NCBI RefSeq assembly: GCF_036365525.1
Contig: NC_090404.1
Location: 7,750,001-7,814,000 of the forward strand
From: Heterodontus francisci
Taxonomy: Eukaryota
Direction: 5' to 3'
Length of the DNA stretch: 64,000 bases
Positions 29,201-40,400 of the stretch are shown here, piece after piece; within the stretch, counting starts at the first letter, position 1; every line of letters begins with the position of its first letter. A model generated the notes under the pieces. It searched no databases and had not been told where the DNA came from. It saw only the letters and a list, made by a program, of their open reading frames with translations. The position numbers and the translations under genes were made by a program.

Positions 29201-29900
29201 AGGTTTATTCGTAGTAGCACAGTTTATTAGTAGTGGTAAGGTTTATTTGGAGTAGCACAGTTTATTAGTAGTGGTCAGGTTTATTCGGAGTAGCACAGTT
29301 TATTGGTAATAGTAAGGTTTATTCGTAGTAGCACAGTTTATTAATAGTGGTCAGGTTTATTCGTAGTAGCACAGTTTATTGGTAATAGTAAGGTTTATTC
29401 GTAGTAGCACAGATTATTCGTAGTAGCACAGTTTATTAGTAGTGGTCAGGTTTATTCGTAGTAGCACAGTTTATTAGTAGTGGTAAAGTTTATTCGTAGT
29501 AGCGCAGTTAATTAGTAGTGGTAAGGTTTATTCATAGTAGCGCAGTTTATTTGTAGTGGTAAGGTTTATTCATAGCACAGTTTATTAGTAGTGGTAAGGT
29601 TTATTCGTAGTAGCAGTTTATTAGCAGTGGTAAGGTTTTTTCCTAGTAGCACAGTTTATTAGTAGTGGTAAGTTTTATTCGTCGTAGTAGTTTATTAGTA
29701 GTGGTAAGGTTTATTCGTAGTAGCACAATTTATTAGTAGTGGTCAGGTTTATTCGTAGTAGCAGTTTATTCGCAGTGGTAAGGTTTTTTTGTAGTAGCAG
29801 TTTATTAGTAGTGGTAAAGTTTATTCGTAGTAGCACAGTTTATTAGTAGTGGTAAGGTTTATTCGTAGTAGCAGTTTATTAGTAGTGGTAAGGTTTATTA
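8215..29900. repeat. 38-bp tandem satellite (dimer of 19-mers), about 570 copies
   Basis: Unit AGTAGCACAGTTTATTAGTAGTGGT(A/C)AGGTTTATT(TGG/CGT/CGG); period 38 verified (9541 to 9579); no ORFs. Confidence 0.99.
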
Positions 29901-29947
29901 GTCATGATAAGCTTTTTTAGTCTTGGTGAGGTTTATTATCTAGAGGA

Positions 29948-30600
29948 ATGGCAGGGCTGCTGAGACCTCTGGAGTGCACATCCTTTGCTATGTGGGAGTT
30001 CCGGATGCTTCCTCTATGCTGGATAACCATATCTGCAGGAATTGTTGTCAGTTGCAGCAGTTTGAGTTCCAGGTTTCTGAATTTGAACAGCTCTCATTAC
30101 TGTGGTGCATCCATGAGGTTGGGAGCTTTGTGGATAGCACGTTTATAGATGTTGTCACCCCGCAGCTTAAGAATATGCAGGGAGAGAGGGAATGGGTGTC
30201 TGCCAGGCAGCCAAGAAGAAACAGGCAGGTAGTGCAGGAGTGCCCTGAGTCCGTCTCACACTTGGGATTTGGGAAAGACCTATTTACCTTAGCAGTGGGG
30301 AGAGTAACTAGGGGGCACAGATTTAAAGTGATTGGTAGAAGGATTAGAGGGGAGATGAGGGACGTGTTTCACCCAGAGCGTGGTGGGGCTCCGGAGCTCA
30401 CTTCTTGAAAAGGTGGTAAAGGCAGAAAACTTCATCTCATTGAAAAGTGCCTGGACGTGCACGTGATGTGCCGTAACCTGCAGGGCTCCGGACCAAATGC
30501 TGTAGAGAGGGATTAGACTGGGTGGCACTTTCCTTTTCTATCTGGTGCAGACACAATGTGTCAAGTGGCCTCTTTCTGTGTCATAAACTTTCTATGATTA
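29948..30600 (+). mobile_element. Internally deleted CR1: ORF1 N-terminus joined to ORF2 3' end
   Basis: MAGLLRPLECTSFAMWE / NHICRNCCQLQQ (ORF1) switches near 30260 to LFTLAVGRVTRGHRFKVIGRRIRGEMR (ORF2 tail). Confidence 0.8.
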
Positions 30601-31091
30601 TGTATCTCTCTGCTCAGAACTATCATCTCCCACCTCTGGTTCTTTCTCAATCTCTCCCGCACCCTGTCCTGACTTTAACATGATCCTGAAGAAGATTCAA
30701 AAACCTGCTCCAAATATTCTAGCTGTTGCCTGAACAATGATTTGTGCAGGTTTATTATCGTCTCTATGTGTTTTGAAATCTTTGTCCCTGTTTACAACTC
30801 TTGGATTATTTAACCCTTTCACAATATCAGCAACTTGTTCTCCAATTTGTGCACCTAAACTCCAATTTTTTCTCCTCCTTTACTCATTTAAATCAGTATT
30901 TAGTTCATATTTCCTTTCATTATTCTTCCACTTTACATTTATTATGACGTTCGTCAGGTCTCTATGGTTTTTTTTGGTATGCGACAAAGAGAAACAACAA
31001 TTTTTGATTGTATTTTGCACCATTCACTTTGCTGTGGTTCTTACGGTTTTTGATCGTCATTTCCCCTGTTAATATTCCTGATGGGGCAGAC

Positions 31092-31105
31092 GCGCCACCT
31101 AGTGG
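31092..31105 (-). promoter_or_regulatory. CTCF motif
   Basis: Reverse complement CCACTAGGTGGCGC matches the CTCF core consensus. Confidence 0.65.
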
Positions 31106-31991
31106 TGTAATTCGGATAAACTTAGTTTGTCCAGTGTGTCATGGAGTCACCCAAATTGATATTCAGTCCCTGAACTGTTGTACTCTTCCTATTTATTTTA
31201 CTGCGGTGGAGCTATTTTCTATGGGGTAAATTAGCCCTCCACGATTGTAAATATTATGGACGCTTCCATTTTTATTTATTTGACTTGAAGTGACACTAAA
31301 TAATAAAGGAGACATGCCATAAATAGTTGCAGAATTTTAAAAAATGCTTATACTATCAGGAGCTGGGCGTGACTGGCAGATCTGGGACTTACTGTCCATC
31401 TTTAATTTGGCCCCACGAATGTCTGGGCCTCCCTAAGTGAAAATTTAATCATACGACCCACCATTGTTGCTGTATCCCACTAAACTCACGTCCCATATGG
31501 GCTGGGAATGCAGTAGAGAAGTCATCAACACCAACAGGATGTTTAACATCGAGGTAACAAGGAGTCGAGTCAAAAGGAATCCTGATCGAACAGTGCAGAG
31601 CTCTGGTCAGAACACACCGTGGGCACTGTCTTTAGTTTTGGTCACCAAGTAACAAGGGAGACATTCAAGCATGGGGATACAGCTGAGGTGGTCCAGGAGG
31701 CTGACTCTTCAGCTCGAGAGGCCTCAGTTAAGAAAAAATGAAATTAGTGTTTTGGGACTGAGATCAACTAATTGTTGGTCACATAGAGAGTGGTTGACAG
31801 TTGGAATTGTCTCCACACAGTTTTACAGAGTCCAGATCCGGAATTATCTTTGCAATAACTGGAGGAAAATGTAGGGGTGTGTGGTTTCACGAAGGACGAA
31901 TTAAGATGAGAAAAACGGCCTCCCTCATCCGGCAATACTTTATGCATTTAACACCAATCTCCTGCCATGAAAACGTACGCACGATGAGTGA

Positions 31992-32005
31992 GGGCCCTCT
32001 AGTGG
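31992..32005 (-). promoter_or_regulatory. CTCF motif
   Basis: Reverse complement CCACTAGAGGGCCC. Confidence 0.55.
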
Positions 32006-32387
32006 TGATGTGAAGTTAATTGCGCTCTCATACATTCTGCTGCTTTAAAAAAAGCTTCTAAAACATTTTGTGTGTTTATCGACTGTGCTTATCTGTCTGT
32101 AGATGTGTGCATGTGTGTATGCGTGTGGATGTTTATCAGTGTCTGTTTCCATGTGTGCGCATTTCCAATGTTCTATGCGAGGCTTGTACTGTCCACGGGA
32201 GGGCGCTCTCTGATCACTTGATCAAGATCATGATCCCCAGCTGCAGGAAGCGGCTGCTCAGAGAAACAAATGGGCGGGGAGAAGACACCCGATCTGATGA
32301 GATCTCGGCGCTGTTTGAGATTTTGCCATTGCAGGTCCGGTAAAGGGAGTGATCACAGTCTCTGTTTCTGGAGTTCATTCTGGAACC

Positions 32388-32909
32388 ATGGAGGTGAAAC
32401 TCTGTCTGACTCTGATTATTGTCCTGATTATAGGTCAGTGATATTGGGACCTTTCTATAATATTCCCAGTTCTCAAACAATTTCACATCTCTATCTCCGA
32501 GTGATTATTCTTTTCCTGTTACTCCGTCTAACCTTCCGTGTTTCTGCTGTTTATTTTCAGAGATGAATAATGGAGACCCAGTGTCCCAGTCAGAACAAGG
32601 GGTCAGATCAGAAGAGGGTGCAGATTCAGCAATAAACTGCAGTTACTCCGTATCGGATTCAGCTGCAAGCTATTATCTGTTCTGGTATCGCCAGTATCCA
32701 CACCAAGCCCCTCAGTATATGCTCAGAGCCGATAGTTTTGGGTATAATGAGACTGTTCCAGGTTTTGAACACTTCAGCGCGAATCTCAACCAAAAACAAG
32801 GCACTTTTCACTTGTCCATGAAAGACTTGAAGATCACAGACAGCGCCGTGTATTACTGTGCCCAGAGACCCACAGTGAATGAGACTGCCTTGGGCCTCAT
32901 ACAAAAATT
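32388..32909 (+). CDS. TCR V alpha/delta gene segment, apparently functional (leader 32388-32433, V exon 32561-32870, 23-RSS 32871-32909)
   Basis: Leader MEVKLCLTLIIVLII, GT/AG phase-1 intron, DPVSQS..INCSYS..YYLFWYRQYP..DSAVYYCA; CACAGTG-23-ACAAAAATT. Confidence 0.93.
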
Positions 32910-33374
32910 AGGTACAGCTCGGCATCGAGGATGGTGCTGGTGGTGGGTGAGGGGGCGGGGCGTGTTGGGGGAGCGGGCGGCACCTCAGGAAAATACCAAG
33001 AATTGACTCCGCGACAGTTTGCACAAAAAATGAGAGAATAAACTTCCCGATCCGATCGGGTTTTTCCAGCTGAAGCCATTGCTGTCAGTGTTGCGATAAC
33101 TGACATTTCTCAACCATTTTAAGCCAGAGTCAAATTCAAATATTTTCACCCCCAGTGTCGGCTCAAACCTACAGCCTTCTAGGATAACTAGTAGAAACCA
33201 TTTCTGCAAATAAAATATTGACTGTGTTGAGTTCAGTCTCACCAGTGCTAAGTGGTGTCCACTATATTATATCCCTCATAATCTTCAGACTATGAACGGT
33301 AATGGGGTCATTGGCTGGCAGTGATGACCGGGATTGAGATTGATTTCGATAATTTTCTACTTCTCATGTCACTA

Positions 33375-34090
33375 AGAGGGACAGAGACAGACAGACAGAC
33401 AGACAGACCGCAGACAGAGAGACAGAGGGCGCGAGAAAGATAGCGAATTAAACAGACAGAGTGAGACTGAGTTTTTAAAAAGTCAGTAAGTGGGGAAGAG
33501 GGAGCGAGAGATGGAGAAAGATGCCGAATTAAACAAAGTGAGAGAGATCGAGACAGAGAGAGAGAGACAGACAGACAAACACACAAAAAGGGGGAGAGGG
33601 AGACAGGCAGACACACACACAAACATACACACAGAGAAAGAGAGAAAAAGAGACAGGGGGCGAGAAAGATAGTGAGTTAAACAGACAGAGTGAGACTGAG
33701 TTTAAAAAGAGAGGGAGGAAGGAAGGAGATGGAGAGAGAGATGGAGAGAGACGCCGAGTTAAGCAAAGTGAGTGAGTCCAAGACAGAGAGAGAGAGACAA
33801 AAGGACAAGCAGAGACAAAGAAACAAAGATAAACAGTTACCGAGTTAAGCAGATTGATTGATACCGAGACAGAGATGCGGAGAGAGAGGAACAGACAGAA
33901 AACCCACACACATGCTCATGCATACGCACACACGGAGAGGGGGAGAGGGAGACAGACAGACGCACGCACGCACACACATACAAACACACAACAGAGCGAC
34001 CGAGAGACAGACAGATAGACACACATACACACACACACAGACTGAGACATAGACAGAAAGAGACAACCAAAGTGTGTTTGTATGTGTGTG
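33375..34090. repeat. (GA)n/(GACA)n/(CA)n low-complexity region with an internal ~250-bp duplication
   Basis: Simple repeats; GGGCGCGAGAAAGATAG...GAGTGAGACTGAGTTT block occurs near 33427 and 33657. Confidence 0.85.
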
Positions 34091-34309
34091 AGATAGGGTT
34101 AGTTCGAAGACATCAGTAGTTGATCCACAGCTCACAGTGGTTGGGGCACATCTGGTGTCAGTTCAGCCGATCCTGTCCCCGGGGGACGCTCCACAATCTC
34201 ACAGTGAATCCAGCCCCGATTACCTGAACTTAATTTTTGATGTCAGACGAGAAGGGTAAACATATTTAAAACATTTTGTTATTTTCTGTCGAAATCTAAA
34301 CCAGACGCC

Positions 34310-34743
34310 ATGTGTTCCCCATATTCCTTACTGGTAATAATGGTTTAGCTGCCCCATGAGTCTGTGATTAAATGATCAGTCTGTGTTCTAGGGGTTATGA
34401 TTACTCCCAGACTTTTGACACTTTCTGTATTTTGTTACAGCAACGAGTGGTAAAGATTCAGTGTCTCAGGATCCGTGTGAATTAACGGTTCAAGAAGGAC
34501 TGACTATAATACTAAACTGCAGTTACTCCACACCCAGTGACTTTCCCAACCTCGACCAGTATTCTGGGGAAGTTCCGAGATATTTACTGAGGAGATACAG
34601 CAATGGACAGGGAGATAAGTCTCCAGCTTTCCCAGACCTGCTGTCCTAGACTAAAAAAAGATAATGATTCATTTAAATGCCACCGGGGCTCTTGTCTCTG
34701 ACTCTGCCGTGCATCACTGCCCAGTCTGTCCGTACAAAAAGAA
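34310..34743 (+). pseudogene. TCR V alpha/delta pseudogene
   Basis: Leader with stop; exon from 34441 DSVSQDP..ILNCSYS; Trp region deleted, in-frame stop, DSAVHHC; heptamer missing but nonamer-like ACAAAAAGA remains. Confidence 0.8.
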
Positions 34744-35242
34744 CGGAAACCAAACTACAGAGATTAGTTTTGCCGAATGGCATATTTCTGCGCTACAGAC
34801 TCTGTGTCAATTTGCGTAATAAGCCCCATAATATCAACTGTGGATAGTTCCCAGTGTCCCTGAGCAGCTTTTATGGCTCCGTCATTGACACCAGTGCAAA
34901 ATTAATAATTTCCCTTCATTCCCATCTCACCGACTGACCCTATTAAAGGGCCAACATTGGATTTGATCCCCGTCCTGTTCTCTATTGTGAGCAGAACAAT
35001 GTTACTCTGTTCCCTGCTCCTTGCTCTGTTGTTAAGAATTGGTGAACAAAGGATCTGTGAACAGATTGGATGAATTTGAGAACAAAGGAGCTGTGAGCTG
35101 ATTGGATGTGACCTGTTCACTCTTCCAAGAAGGGACCAATCGGAAGAGGGACCGGATATTACTCAACATCTTCCCAGCGCTGAATTAAACAATTACAGAT
35201 TCAACCCGTTCTGTTCAAATCCGCCATCAACTCACCGCAAAC

Positions 35243-35793
35243 ATGTTGGTTGTTGCTTTGTATTCATTCCTCACAGCTGCAGCTCTCTTAACTGGTAAAG
35301 TTTACAAGTTTTTTCTTTCCCTTTGAAGGTGTCACTGACATAGAAAATCTACCTGTTAGCTATTTGCAACACATTCTGTCACATTTATATTCGTTGTAAC
35401 AAAGTGATAATAAAAGCTTAAAGTTCTGTATTTCTAAATTTCTGCAGGTGTTACTGGTGCAGACTCGGTCTCACAGGGGCCGGCTACAGCGATACAGTTT
35501 GAAGGAGACTTGGTGACCATTAATTACAACTATTCGACTACTGTTGATTCATATTCCTTACAACTGTACCGTCAGGACCGGGAGAAAGCCCCCACATTCC
35601 TCATCTACATCCCTAAATATGGAGATGTTTTCAGAGCAGAGGGCGTGGGCAATCGATTTTCCGCATCTCTCGACACTTCGAAAAGTGAGGGGAATTTCAC
35701 CATCCGCGACCTGCGGCTGTCTGACAGCGCGATGTATTACTGCGGGCTGAGACACACAGTGACAGGAACCAGAGGGAGCCTCGTACAAAAACA
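35243..35793 (+). CDS. TCR V alpha/delta ORF lacking Cys23 and Trp41 (leader 35243-35294, V exon 35448-35754, 23-RSS 35755-35793)
   Basis: Leader MLVVALYSFLTAAALLT; DSVSQGP..INYNYS..LQLYRQ..DSAMYYCG; CACAGTG-23-ACAAAAACA. Confidence 0.85.
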
Positions 35794-36674
35794 CTGCCTC
35801 AGTGTGACAAGATGAACGCAGCAGCGGGCCCTGTGAGGTGAAAGGGGAGAGTCAGTACTTATCACAGGAGAGCGTTAGTGTAAAAGCAGCCAAATCAACA
35901 GCTGTTCAACTAACAATACAGCACAGAAACAATGTTTATTATTAATAAAATAATCTTGAAGTTAATTTCATAATACGATGTCTGAATGGACTGCTCTTCC
36001 AATCTCGGTTTATTTCCTGGGCACCTTAAATTTCAACCTTACTGAAACAATTATAAAACTACTTCTCATTCTGCGCCAGAGTCTCATAAAAGACCTGGCG
36101 CTTCAGTTGGCTGGAAATGAACTGAAAGGAGGGTTTACATTCAGTCATTACTTAATAGACCATAGAGGAATAACCTTCAGAACAATGAAGTCTCCTCTGA
36201 ACTGAGAGACTGAGAGACTCAGGTCCTAAACTGTGGCGGAATCACGGGATGCTGACTGTACCAGTTGAGAATATTTACTGAGAAGCGATATAATAAGGAG
36301 CGGTGCGACCCGGTTCCACATGATACTCCGTGAGTCTGTCACTCCGCCGTGCGGGAGCTCTGTCCGAGCAGAAATACAGATCCCCGCCCCACTGCACTAC
36401 TGATCCAACCAATACCAAACAGGGAACAGCAGCAGCAATCTCCCCAGTAACACAGGGCAGGCAAGGCGGGTCAGAGTGAGAACAATAAACGGAAGCTGTG
36501 GGCGGGGCTACCGCAGAAACAAATTGAGTGAATTGAAAACTCTGTGTAAGGGCAGAGGGTGCGGGACGCCGCTCAGCTGCACTGGGAGCTGATGGAGCGG
36601 AAATGGCGATGTTTCCATCTCTAGATGCCTCTGGATAAACTATTGCTGCTCACTGATCAAGTGACTGCAACAAG

Positions 36675-37070
36675 TGGCAGTTCGACGCACAGTGGCAGCG
36701 GTGTGTACCATCTACAAGACGCAATGCAGCAATGCACCAAGGCTCCTCAGACAGCACCTTCCAAATACGCGACCTCTACCAACGAGAAGGAGAAGGGCAG
36801 CACAGACATGGGAACACCACCACCTGCAAGTTCCCCTCCAAGTCACACACCATCATGACTTGGAACTATATCGCCGTTCCTTCACTGTCGCTGGGTCAAA
36901 ATCCTGGAACTCCCATCCTAACAGCATTGTGGGTATACCTACCCCACATGGACTGCAGCGGTTCAAGAAGGCAGCTCACCACCACCTTCTCAAGGGCAAT
37001 TAGGGATGGGCAATAAATGCTGGCCTGGCCAGTGACGCCCACATCCCTGAATGAATAAAAAAAACAAAAA
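36675..37070 (+). mobile_element. LINE (CR1/L2-group) 3' end with A-rich tail
   Basis: RRSFTVAGSKSWNS...LQRFKKAAHHHLLKGN then A tail; second copy at about 51.3-51.8 kb. Confidence 0.75.
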
Positions 37071-37390
37071 GAGTGGGAGCGAAAAGAGGAGATTGTGCGG
37101 GAAGGAGAAACAGTGACGCTGAATTGTAGTTTTACAGCAAAAAATACTGTCGCTGATCTTTTCTGGTGCCAGCAGGTTCCCCATCGGGCTCGGGAAAACG
37201 TATTTCTTATCACCAAATAAGGCACGTTCTCAGCCGACTTCGTGAAGCACCGTTTTCCAGCAGAGCTGAGCACAGCGGAGAGCACGGTTCAGCTGAGAGT
37301 TTATGGGGCGAAGCTGTCAGACAGCGTCGTGTATGACTGTGGTCTGAAACCCACAGCTGTATAGTTCTGTGACCAACAGAAAATAAAACT
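37071..37390 (+). pseudogene. TCR V alpha/delta pseudogene
   Basis: REGETVTLNCSF..LFWCQQVP..ITK*..ADFVKHRF..LSDSVVYDCG; degenerate RSS CACAGCT at 37352. Confidence 0.8.
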
Positions 37391-37449
37391 GCAGCAAACT
37401 GTGTGTAAATAGAACAATGTGTGTCCGGACTACCAGCCGTGTGAATGTC

Positions 37450-40400
37450 TGAATAGAACAAAGAACAGTACAGCACAGGAACAGGCCATTCGGCCCTCCA
37501 AGCCTGCGCCGATCTTGATGCCTGCCTAAACTAAAACCTTCTGCACTTCCGGGGACCGTATCCCTCTACTCACATCCTATTCATGTATTTGTCAAGATGC
37601 CTCTTAAACGTCGCTTTCGTACCTGCTTCCACCACCTCCCCCGGCAGCATGTTCCAGGTACTCACCACCCTCTGTGTAAAGAACTTGCCTCGCACATCCC
37701 CTCTAAACTTTGCCCCTCTCACCTTAAACCTATGTCACCTAGTAACTGACTCCTCCACCCTGGGTAAAAGCTTCTGACTATCCACTCTGTCCACGCCGCT
37801 CATAACTTTGTAAACCTCTATCATGTCTCCCCTCCACCTCTGTCGTTCCAGTGAAAACAATCCGAGTTTATCCAACCTCTCCTCATAGCTAATGCCCTCA
37901 AGACCAGGCAACATTCTGGTAAACCTTTTCTGTACCCTCTCCAAAGCCTCCACGTCCTTGTGGTAGTGTGGCAAGCAGATTTGCACGCAATATTCTAAGT
38001 GTGGCCTAACTAAAGTTCTGTACAGCTGCAGCATAACTTGCCATTTTTATATTCTATGCCCCGAACGCTGAAGGCAAGTATGCCGAATGCCTTCTTGACT
38101 ACCTTATCCACCTGCGTTGCCACTTTCAGTGACCTGTGGACCTGTGCGCCCAGATCTCTCTGCCTGTCAATACTCCTAAGGGTTCTGCCATTTACTGTAT
38201 ACCTCCCACCTGCATTAGACCTTCCAAAATGCATTACCTCACATTTGTCCGGATTAAACTCCATCTGCCATTTCTCCGCCCAAGTCTCCAACCGATCTAT
38301 ATCCTGCTGTATCCTCTGACAATCGTCATCACTATCCACAACTCCACCAACCTTTGCGCCGTCTGCAAACTTACTAATCAGACCAGCTACATTTTCCTCC
38401 AAATCATTCATATATACTCCAAAGAGCAAAGGTCCCAGCACGGATCCCTGTGGAACACCACTAGTCACATCCCTCCATTGAGAAAAGCACCCTTCCACTG
38501 ATACCCTCTGTCTTCTATGACCGAGCCAGTTCTGTATCCATCTTGCCAGCTCACCTCTGATCCCGTGTGACTTCACCTTTTGTACCAGTCTGCCATGAGG
38601 GACCTTGTCAAAGGCTTTACTGAAGTCCATATAGATAACACCCACTGCCCTTCCTTCACAATCATCTTCGTCATTTCCTCAAAAAACTCAATCAAATTCG
38701 TGAGACACGACCTCCCCTTCACAAAACCATGCTGCCTCTCGCTAATACGTTCGTTTGTTTCCAAATGGGAGCAAATCCTGTCCCGAAGAATCCTCTCTAA
38801 TAATTTCCCTACCACTGACGTAAGGCTCACCGGCCTATAATTTCCTGGATTATCCTTGCTACCCTTCTGAAACAAAGGAACAGCATTGGCTATTCTCCAG
38901 TCCTCTGGGACCTCAACTGTAGCCAACGAGGATGCAAAGATTTCTGTCAAGGCCCCAGCAATTGCTTCCCTTGCCTCTCTCAGTATTCTGGGGTAGATCC
39001 CATCAGGCCCTGGGACTGATCTACCTTAATGCTTTGCAAGACACCCGACACCTCCTCCTTTTTGATAATGAGATGACTGAGACTATCTACACTCCCTTCC
39101 CTAGGCTCATCATCCACCAAGTCCTTCTCTTTGGTGAATACTGATGCAAAGTACTCATTCAGTACCTCGCCCATTTCCTCTGGCTCCACACATAGATTCC
39201 CTTCTCTGTCCTTGAGTGGGCCTAAACTTTCCCGAGTTACCCTCTTGCTCTTTATATACGTATAAAAAGCCTTGGGATTTTCCTTAATCCTGTTTGCCAA
39301 TGACTTTTCATGACCCCTTTTAGCCCTCCTGACCCCTTGCTTAAGTTCCTTCCTACTGTCTTTATATTCCTCAAGGGATTCGTCTGTTCCTAGCCTTCCA
39401 GCCCTTACGAATGCTTCCGTTTTCTTTTTGACTTGGCTCACAATATCCCGCGTTATCCAAGGTTCCCGAAACTTGCCAAACTTATCCTTCTTCCTTACAG
39501 GAACATGCTAGTCCTGGATGCTGATCAACTGACGTTTGAAAGACTCCCACACGTCAGATGTTGATTTACCCTCAAACAGCCGCCCCCAATCTAAATTCTT
39601 CAGTTCCTGCCTAATATTGTTATAATTAGCCTTCCCCCAACTTAGCACCTTCGCCCGAGGACTACTCTTATCCTTATCCACAAGTACCTTAAAACTTATG
39701 TAATTATGGTCACTGTTGCCGAAATGCTTCCCTACTGAAACTTCGACCACCTGGCCGGGCTCATTCCCCAATACCAGGTCCAGTACGGCCCCATCCCGAG
39801 TTGAACTATCTACATATTGTTTCAAGAAGCCCTTCTGGATGCTCCTTACAAATTCTGCCCCATCCAAGCCTCTAGCACTAAATGAGTCCCAGTCAATATC
39901 GGGGAAGTTAAAATCACCCACCACTACAACCCTGTTACCTTTACATCTTTCCAAAATCTGTCTACATATCTGCTCCTCTACCTCCCTCTGGTTGTTGGGA
40001 GGCCTGTAGAAAACCCCCAACATCGTGACTGCACCCTTCCTATTCCTGAGCTCCACCCATATTGCCTCGCAGCATGACACCCCCCCCCCCACCCCCGAGG
40101 TGTCCTCCCGCAGTACAGCTGTGATATTCTCCTTAACCAGTAATACAGTTCCCCCACCCCTTTTACATCCCCCTCACCTGAAGATTCTAAATCCTGGAAC
40201 ATTTAGCTGCAATCCTATCCTTCCGTCAACCAAGTCTCTGTAATAGCAACAACATCATAGTTCCAAGTACTAATCCAAGCTCTAAATTCATCTGCCTTAC
40301 CTGTTATACTTCTCGCATTGAAACAAATGCACTTCAGACCACCAGTCCCGCTGTGCTCCGCAACATCTCCCTGCCTGCTCTTCCTCTTAGTCTTACTGGC

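Noticed and set aside
8215-29900. Satellite as an array of cryptic RSSs (CACAGTT heptamer-like, GGTTTATTT nonamer-like) or as a CRISPR array
   Set aside because: The heptamer-like and nonamer-like words are on incompatible strands and no 12/23 spacing works. There are no unique spacers, and the context is vertebrate.
32878-33006. Read-through of the first V ORF into a Trp-rich tail
   Set aside because: Incidental read-through past the RSS, removed on rearrangement
33308-34135. Cys/Leu/Ser-rich and Arg/Glu-rich ORFs
   Set aside because: Translations of microsatellite sequence
34130-34210. Two isolated CACAGTG heptamers
   Set aside because: No nonamer and no adjacent coding segment
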